NCBI GenBank assembly: GCA_040285855.1
Contig: JAUFOQ010000013.1
Location: 2,108,001-2,144,279, forward strand
Reading direction: 5' to 3'
Length of the DNA: 36,279 nt
Origin: Eukaryota sp. GEM-RC1
Taxonomy: Eukaryota
This document shows positions 24,701-36,279 of this stretch, one piece after another. A model generated the notes under the pieces. The model saw only the letters and a program-made list of their open reading frames with translations. It ran no database searches and was not told the origin of the DNA. A program made the translations under genes and the position numbers. The stretch's first letter is position 1, and each line of letters starts with the position of its first letter.

Positions 24701-24993
24701 TCAGATGAGAAAACACTGGTGAGATCTCCTCCAGCACAGTACTCATTGACAATCCAGAGATGATTTGGTGTTTCATGAAAAGAGAAGAATTGAACAATAT
24801 TAGGATGAGTCGGAAGTTCACGGAGGATGGACACTTCGTTCGTTGCACGTTGTCTTCGAGACTGTGGAAACTTTTTTATGGCGACATATTTGAGAGATTT
24901 TTTCTGCCTACCTTTGTATATAGTAGATGTTCTGGAGGAATAGAGACTGTCACCAATGTGATAATCACTTAGTGTTAGTTGTTGGTGCGTCAT
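21719..24993 (-). CDS. ULK4: ULK4/RUNKEL-like pseudokinase with C-terminal HEAT/ARM-like helical region (frameshifted; 3' end below 21893 tentative)
   Basis: STIYKGRQKKSLKYVAIK, HETPNHLWIVNEYCAGGDL, LKLGDFG and SDFWSLG, then TLILRKAT, GELVFF and DDVAICIATKALGNI, matching ULK4/RUK architecture. Junctions fall at TTTT (24587-90, 23572-75) and at a +1 near 22632. Further shifts extend the frame to TAG at 21719. Confidence 0.85.
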
Positions 24994-25072
24994 ATAAAGC
25001 GTTTAACACCAGAGCAAATTGAAATTGGAAAGTGGGGTGGCTGCCAAACCAATTTCTGTCTTCTTCTTGCCA
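24994..25072. promoter_or_regulatory. Putative bidirectional promoter (79 bp between divergent start codons)
   Basis: The ULK4-like ATG at 24993 (-) and the UBL gene ATG at 25073 (+) are head-to-head. Function is inferred from geometry only. Confidence 0.5.
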
Positions 25073-27025
25073 ATGAAGGTTCTAATTAAAGTTCTAAATC
25101 AGGGCTCACATGAGGTTGACATATCAGATGACTGTTCTATTGAGGAGTTGCAGCGTATTGTGCAGGAAGTAACAACAATTGAAACTTCTCGCCAACGTAT
25201 CATCTTTCAAGGTCGCGTATTACAATCCGGTACAGTAAAGGAAAAGGGAGTTACTGAGGGATCAACCTTACATGTTGTTACTAGACTACCTATTCCAGAA
25301 CAACAAACACAACAAGCCACAGCCAATACTTCTGAACGCCCTCAGTCACAACATCCTCCATCTTCCTCATTTCCTATGGGTGTTTTTGCGGTTCCTGTTG
25401 ATGAAAACTCTGGAAATATGGACGAAGTCATGCGTCAGGTTATGGGGCATGTTGGAGATGTAATGTCTTCGATGTTTGGGTCCGTACCTCAAGAACAATC
25501 CTCTTCTCAACAACATCCCAACCAACCAGTAGTCCGTCGTCGTGTGTCAATCCGTATGAGTGATAACCCTTCCTCTCGAACCCCTCGCTCTTCTCAGCCT
25601 CGCCCTAGTCCGTCTCGCCCTAGTCAAACTCGCCAACCAAGCCAGAGCTCTTCACCTCCTCATAGAATTCCCCGTTCCGCCAGTCCTAATCGTAATGAGT
25701 CTATCACTGATGCTTCCCGTGCTCTACTTGATGCATCACACCAACTTCAACATGCTGCAAATTCTCTAACACAGTTTGCTTCTAGATCTCAACAACGGGC
25801 CTCTCAAAGACAACGAAGACGGTTAGAACGTGACCTAACCTCTACTTCTCCTCGAAAACATCAGCTTCGTCAGTGTACTGGTCAACCTCATGACTTGGCT
25901 CGTTTAGGGTACTTTTTCCCTTCACTTTCTCTCTTCATGAGATTAAAAGGAGCTCAGCCCAATCACTTGGCACAACTCGCATCTCGTGAGGATTTTATTG
26001 ATTGTTCTCTATCAAATTTGATGGATGCAATGGTGCAAGATTTCACTGAAGCTGGTATTAGAGAAATGTATCAGCGACCTCACTATGTGCTAATGTTTGA
26101 TTACTTTATGACTGCTGTATATGATTTCTTCTCTATTAATGACCTCATCACGATGTATTTTGACCCAGCATGTACAGGAGGTTTGATTAGACGGTCTTTA
26201 GAACGAGCTTTTCTATTACTGGTTTCAGATAAGTCTCTTCCACCGAGTCATATTCCTATTATGAAACTTCGATCACAGTTAATTGAGCTCAATCATGGTC
26301 GACTTTTTACTCGTCATGATCTTGAACGCCATTTGTCCGATTCTCTAATGATCATGTATGCTGCAGGATTTTCTCTTTTCGATGATGATACTGCCCGTGA
26401 ATTATCAAGTATCTTTGAAACCCAATCTCATCAAGCCGCAGCCGCTTTTTCATTGCTTTTCAGTAATTCAATACATCTTTCCGACGGAGACTTCACCGAT
26501 GAGCTATCTGCTGTTTTGGCTAATGCTATAGCTGAAGCTGCTAAAGGTGTTTATCAACTTTTGATGTCAAAACAGAACCCCAACGCTTCTTCTCTTGTGT
26601 ATAGACTTGTGCAAGAATGGGCATATATCTTTGGATCTAACTCTCTATTACTCTCAGAACCGTTAGTTGTTTTGTCTATGAGTTTGTTCTCTCCAAATGG
26701 ACGTAGTACATCTACTTGTTTGAATCATGCAAGTGCAATGCTAGACCAAATCTTCAGTTCTGCTGCATCAGTTGTCCGAGAAGATGTCAGTATGAGTTCA
26801 CAATCATCTGACAGTCTGAATGTCGACCTTCCAGATCCACAGCTTACACAGTATTATACGTCCCTAGTGTCGCCACCTTCTCCTTCAGCTCTTGTACAGC
26901 CACCAGAGTTGTGGAGGGAACGATTACCAGAAGGTTTGAGAAATAGGGATTTTGAATGTCATGAGGATGTTGAGTTGGAAAAGGGTGAATTGTATAGTGA
27001 TATGTCTCTGAAACGATTTGAGTAA
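25073..27025 (+). CDS. Ubiquitin-like domain protein, BAG6/Scythe-like (650 aa)
   Basis: N-terminal UBL (MKVLIKVL...RQRIIFQGRVLQ...GVTEGSTLHVV), then a Pro/Ser/Gln-rich region, a helical middle region and a C-terminal W...LP...D motif reminiscent of BAG6. The ORF is uninterrupted. The UBL is secure, but BAG6 orthology is inference. Confidence 0.75.
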   Translation: MKVLIKVLNQGSHEVDISDDCSIEELQRIVQEVTTIETSRQRIIFQGRVLQSGTVKEKGVTEGSTLHVVTRLPIPEQQTQQATANTSERPQSQHPPSSSFPMGVFAVPVDENSGNMDEVMRQVMGHVGDVMSSMFGSVPQEQSSSQQHPNQPVVRRRVSIRMSDNPSSRTPRSSQPRPSPSRPSQTRQPSQSSSPPHRIPRSASPNRNESITDASRALLDASHQLQHAANSLTQFASRSQQRASQRQRRRLERDLTSTSPRKHQLRQCTGQPHDLARLGYFFPSLSLFMRLKGAQPNHLAQLASREDFIDCSLSNLMDAMVQDFTEAGIREMYQRPHYVLMFDYFMTAVYDFFSINDLITMYFDPACTGGLIRRSLERAFLLLVSDKSLPPSHIPIMKLRSQLIELNHGRLFTRHDLERHLSDSLMIMYAAGFSLFDDDTARELSSIFETQSHQAAAAFSLLFSNSIHLSDGDFTDELSAVLANAIAEAAKGVYQLLMSKQNPNASSLVYRLVQEWAYIFGSNSLLLSEPLVVLSMSLFSPNGRSTSTCLNHASAMLDQIFSSAASVVREDVSMSSQSSDSLNVDLPDPQLTQYYTSLVSPPSPSALVQPPELWRERLPEGLRNRDFECHEDVELEKGELYSDMSLKRFE

Positions 27026-27226
27026 AGGTCACTGTGGTAGTTTGAATTTATTATCATATTCTATTTGAATCTAAATATGTTTGTTTCAGTGTTTAACAAT
27101 GTCAATAAATAATGCTGGTTTGTCATTCTTGTGGGTACTTATCTTTCTTTAAAAAACCTAAATATTTGATACTTAATCAAGACGTGTACATGTAGATTGT
27201 ACCTCTCAAATCGACGAAATCACATA

Positions 27227-27890
27227 TATTGCTTTTCCAATATTGCAATCAGTATTGCTCCAATATCTATTTCCGCTCTTTAAGGTGGAGCAATATTTAT
27301 TGTTACACCAGTTAGTTATTGCATTATTGCAATATTGCCGATATACTTTGTGTTGTTCATTTCGTTGTTTTGCATCACCATTTGGACTTCTAAAACACGT
27401 TTTGTTGTCGTATATGTAAAAAGAAGTGATTGTTGTTTTCTCGGTAATGATTTTGAGTTGTTATAATGTCATAATGTCTGTCACTTGAGCACAGTTCGAG
27501 TGTTTACTAAAGTACAATGAATATTCTTTCTACTGAAGTGATTTTCTGTTAAGCCCTCCAGTCTTGAAATGCAAATAATGATGAAAGAAGACAGTGATTT
27601 TCGGAATAAAGCTACTGAAAGATATATCATGAACAGTACAAAATTCGAAGATGTAGGCAATGGTTCTGATATTATTTCGGATTCTTCTAAAGATGATGGA
27701 CAGCAGAATATGTGGTTTTTTTGTGATAAATACATAATATGATTCATATTATTGCAATACGAAAAGATTGCAATATTGGTTGAAGAATTGCAATATTTAT
27801 TGGATCTATTTCAGAATTGCAATACATTGTATTTATTTTGTGGCTAAAATTTGTTTGTATTTCTTGCAGTATTGCTTTCACACCAATGGT
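27227..27890. repeat. TATTGC/GCAATA-rich region, possibly a truncated DNA transposon
   Basis: Clusters of TATTGC/GCAATA at 27227-27340 and 27748-27876 resemble the subterminal arrays of the other MITEs, but I found no paired TIR or TSD. Confidence 0.35.
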
Positions 27891-28459
27891 AAAAACCAAG
27901 TCCAGTATCACAATTTTTGATTAGGAACATAACAATGAGATGATGTAGAGGTTCTATTATCTCAATTGTGAAAATACCAGTGGATAAATTTAATGTAATA
28001 AGAGTTTAAATTAAGAGGCAACCTAAATATACAACTAAATATACATAAATTCACAAAATTGACTAAATGCACAAAAGACAAACACGACAATTCTTGATGA
28101 CGTTTGGAGTTTCCTTCCTCCTCCTGTTCTTTAATCTGCTTCTTCTATAATTGCCTTTCTTATGTCTGTCCCCCTAGCAACTGTTCCTCCCTTGTTTGTG
28201 TTTGATACTAAAGACGAGCTACATACTTTTTGAGGCAACATGACACAATGGAAGAACTTGCTCTGCAGAACACTCTAGCTATAACCTTTTCTGTTCATGC
28301 CATATGTCTAGCAAGTTCAGTGTCATCTCTTCTTCACTTTTCTTCTTTCAGTTCAAATAAACCACTTCGCTGTCATTCTATGTAACCATAACACACACAT
28401 CGTTCATCTGAATTCGAAATCCACATGCTTTTGGATAACAAGCTTAAGCTTTGGATAAC

Positions 28460-28700
28460 AACCTACTGGACCAATAATTACCAAATATTCAGATTGCAAA
28501 ATGAACAAATGGAAACTTAGAATATCAATATTCATTAAGCCCTTATTGGGTACCGAATATAGTTTTCTCTTAAGCTTCTTCAAACCCAGTAGACAGTAGA
28601 TTTATTCATGGTTAATGAACGGCGTTTTGAGTATCAATTCCAATGACCGTGACGTGAAGCCGTTGAGTTATTGCAATAACAGAGAGTCAACAATGTTATA
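28460..28700 (-). pseudogene. Highly decayed RLE-retrotransposon fragment
   Basis: The reverse strand gives broken EEA/KRKLYSVP...FVHFAI*IFG, similar to the E..K...Y / F..F..SIFG motifs above. A 24-nt piece (CTTATTGGGTACCGAATA-t/a-AGTTT) recurs at 20397-20420. Confidence 0.35.
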
Positions 28701-29080
28701 AACGTCATACATGAATAATATAAGAATAATCAAACACGCAAGCAATAGTGTTTGGACATGAAAACTAGAAGTATTCTTCCACAACAATGTATGCCAGACA
28801 TTTAAATGGAAAAATGGTTCTTCTACAAAGATATCCCAACAACGTGAAAGGTATCAAAGAAATACACACAATCAAGAACACAAGGGTTGCTCTTTCTTTG
28901 TTCAGTGTGTAATAATTTATTTAAATTATTTTATAACACCCCTAAGATCTATTGATTAGTCATCATGACCAATGTGTTAGCCACAGGTGTTAGTGAAGTG
29001 TTACTAGTACGTATAATTTGATTTATAAACACCCTTTACCTTCCCCTTTGCACCTTTAGGTATTAATAATTATTATCCTC

Positions 29081-31764
29081 ATGGTAAAAAGAGGAATCTT
29101 ACTACAGCTGCTCCTAAGAAAGGAGTTACTAACCGCAGACAGCCAAGTAGGTCTGTCAAAAAGACCAGAGTATCGAAGAGCTCTGCCACCCGGATCGAAG
29201 TGCCTACTGAATCCTCAGTAGATGAAGAGGACTTTGTGTCCGAACTCTCCTCACCCGAAAGCCTCTCCTCACACGAGAGCCCATCTTCAAACGTTGATGG
29301 AAGTTCCTTGACTTCTTCGGAAGCCGGCGAAACGACTGGTATAAGACCCTTGGGCTCTACGGGGTCTGGCGGCAACCCTGGTCCTTTGGAGTCATCCATT
29401 GGACCAGAACAGGAAGATCCTCTTGAAATCAAGAAGGTCCTGGAGAAAGACGAAGTTCCCGTTGTCTCTCCAGATACCACAAGTACTCCGGGAGACAATG
29501 TTGTGGGTAATACTACTTCGTCTGTAGTTCAGCCAACATCATTGTTCTCTCATCATGTTTCTGATTCTTCCTTGTTAGTTAGTAGTCTATTTAATAAAGA
29601 TAACGTTGATCCTTCAGTTCCTCTGTCTAGAGAGGTTGACAAGAGCCTTAGGCAACTTCAAACAGTCCTAGCTCAGCATAAGACCAGGGCAGAAGAAGCA
29701 AAACGACAGCATCTGGAGCAACAGCAAAAACAGCCAATCTTTCCATGACTGAGAGAGCTCTAGCTGTAGAACAACAAACCGGTTATGTGTCTAGACCTCA
29801 TAGAGATGCAGTTCCCAACGATCTCATCCCGTTTGTAAGTCCGTACGATCAGAGTGTCTCCATCTCTGACTACGACTTGTGGCATCTTGCCAAATTTGCT
29901 CCCTGACATCCCACTTTGCGTCATAGAATGCCTGCTGGAAGACATTACTTGCTGAAAAATGTTCCTCCTGGCACGTCTCCTCAAGCCATAAAACAGTTTT
30001 TGGGTGACTTATATGATAGTAGAGCTGGTGATACTTATAGGTTTCCATCCACCTACTCTTGGGATCCTAGACATGGTATCATCATTGAACCTTTAGTCCA
30101 GATATTCAGTGCTGATGGTCAGTCAGTTTCATATGAATACTCCGCCTGGTACTTACATTCGTTGAACAATAAACGCAAGTTATATCACAACGTTTCTGTA
30201 AGTACCGAATGGCTCCTACTGGTCATCAGTATAGCCATTTACCTGCGGCGGCAAGAGTTCTGGATAGTTTGTCAACTTCACCACAAGATGTTGACTCTGT
30301 CCCTGTTCAACCTTTTTCTGGAATTGGTGGTTCCCAATTGGTACTCCCATTAGCTTCTCAAGCTATGTGTGAAAAAGCTACATTTGCTCCGAACCTTTCT
30401 GATTTAAATGGCTTAGATAGTGTTCAAAAATTCTTCCCTGGTGAAGTTTACAGACCTGAGCAGGTTGATAGATTTACACACGGTCTTAGAGATGGTATCT
30501 CTACCCAAAATTTTGAAGCTCAATTTGGTGGTGAAGAAAGATTCATCAGCTTAGAAGAACATGAAAGTGTTTATCGTAAGCCAGAAGGCTTTGCTAAAGG
30601 TTGTGACGAATCTATGTCCATGGCTCTCTCCTCAAAACAGCTTGATCAAAATAGAAAAAATCATGTTGCTCACATGATCAGAAGTAGAAAAACTCCTAAA
30701 CGATCAAATTCGATCGAGATAAGTGATCTAACTTCTCAATCAAAATCACCTTTGGCAGAACTTTCTGATGTCACTCACTCTATGTCTGAAGATAGCTCAT
30801 CTGAAGACGAACAACCTAACGTTTTGGCTGATACTCCCATCATTTTGTCTGGTGTCCCTCAAAGAAAAGATCGAACAAAGAAAAAGTCCATTTCAAAGAA
30901 ATCAAGACCCAGCTACCTCAAATCCGAGAGTCGCGAGGACCTAATTAAGTTCATCCATGAATTTAGTTATTGGGTAATTCATGTCCGGAAACAATCAAAT
31001 CGTAAAGACTTTGACACTCGTTTAGGTATCGCTCCAATCAATAAATTTGATCTCGTAAGACTCACTTTGTTAGAGATTGATCCTACTGGTGTTTCCGAAT
31101 TCATTGATCGTCAATTGCTGAGTGACTGGAAGCTTCTAAATGTTCCAGGTCCAGATTCAAACATAACTGAAAAAGACCTTTGGTTCAGATTGGTTCTCCT
31201 GAGCCAATACACTTCTACTACTCAAGCTATGGGTGATCTGAAGAATCTTAAACTTAGTCAATCTAATGATCCATCCACTGTAATGAATCGGTACCTAAAG
31301 CTTGTTATCAACATTTTAAAATGTTCGACAGCCATTTCCCTAGGTACTGGTAGAACTTTTCTCCCAGCTAGCATCTCAGCCGACTTAGTGTTATGTACAC
31401 TCAATCCTCAGAAAGAAATTGCTGCTCTAAACGATCTCCAAGTTAAGTGGGAACACACTTTAAAGAACAATGAACATTTGCTTCCTGAATTTTTGAGTGA
31501 AGTAAAGACAGCTTGGATCGATTACAAGCGTTCGATGCCAACGACATCGTTTTCAAACTCTCAAAGAAGGTCTCGTGACCATTCCCGTGGAAATTCTCGT
31601 TTTCCTAGAAAGTCCTTCAACCAGAGGTACTCTAAACCCTCTGATGGTAAGTCCACTGACGTAGAATGTTTCAAATGTGGCAAAAAGGCCATTATGCTCC
31701 TGATTGTCGTAAATCTCAGGATAATGCAAAGTCCAATAAGCGTAGGTCTGGTGATAGTCTGTAG
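29081..31764 (+). mobile_element. Subtelomeric Gag-like ORF (~890 codons after correcting several single-base shifts) with C-terminal CCHC zinc knuckle; no pol seen
   Basis: Basic N-terminus, Ser-rich region, a helical capsid-like region and an Arg/Ser-rich stretch. Adding one A at 31682-31686 yields CFKCGKKGHYAPDC (CX2CX4HX4C). ORFs 29200, 29916 and 30209 are successive -1 frames. An in-frame TGA at 29904 can be removed by a compensating C-run pair. Confidence 0.6.
29520..29700 (+). repeat. 181-bp direct repeat, copy 1 (inside the Gag-like ORF)
   Basis: GTCTGTAGTTCAGCCAAC...GCAGAAGAAGCA; one mismatch seen versus copy 2 (GAC vs GAA). Confidence 0.95.
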
Positions 31765-31937
31765 TTCAGCCAACATCATTGTTCTCTCATCATGTTTCTG
31801 ATTCTTCCTTGTTAGTTAGTAGTCTATTTAATAAAGATAACGTTGATCCTTCAGTTCCTCTGTCTAGAGAGGTTGAAAAGAGCCTTAGGCAACTTCAAAC
31901 AGTCCTAGCTCAGCATAAGACCAGGGCAGAAGAAGCA
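31757..31937 (+). repeat. 181-bp direct repeat, copy 2 (immediately after the zinc knuckle, ~125 bp from the telomere)
   Basis: Same sequence as 29520-29700, with different flanks on both sides. Confidence 0.95.
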
Positions 31938-32064
31938 TTTCGTAATCTCTCAACAGACAATAAACTTCCTTTATTTGACTCTTGGTTATCCACCATTAGG
32001 TCAGAACAATCTAAAGCGATAGAACAAGGAGATCAACTGTTTAATGGTTCAACTTTAAACCCTA

Positions 32065-36279
<4,215 letters not shown>

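Noticed and set aside
29007..29059. Possible 53-nt intron (GTACGT...pyrimidine tract...TTAG) upstream of the Gag-like ORF
   Set aside because: No clear branch point, no other introns in the window for comparison, and splicing does not fix the downstream frame.
29520..31937. Direct repeats as canonical LTRs
   Set aside because: No TG...CA termini, TSD, PBS or PPT, and copy 1 lies inside the coding region.

Overview
This is the right-hand end of a chromosome from an AT-rich, apparently intron-poor microbial eukaryote with highly divergent proteins (standard code; organism not identifiable from sequence alone). It carries a partial LRR gene, a UBE2Q-type E2 enzyme, a ~12-kb cytoplasmic dynein-1 heavy chain, a hypothetical gene, a ULK4/RUNKEL-like pseudokinase and a BAG6-like ubiquitin-like protein. 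Between the genes lie two nests of non-autonomous hAT-type elements (TIRs plus 8-bp TSDs, one inside another) and several decayed C-terminal fragments (zinc finger plus restriction-like endonuclease) of CRE-like non-LTR retrotransposons. Next to the telomere is a ~890-codon Gag-like ORF with a CCHC knuckle and a 181-bp near-perfect duplication that runs into >=4.2 kb of (TTAGGG)n. Most long genes are broken by single-base frameshifts, nearly all at short homopolymers. These are most simply long-read indel errors, but recoding or editing cannot be excluded without reads.
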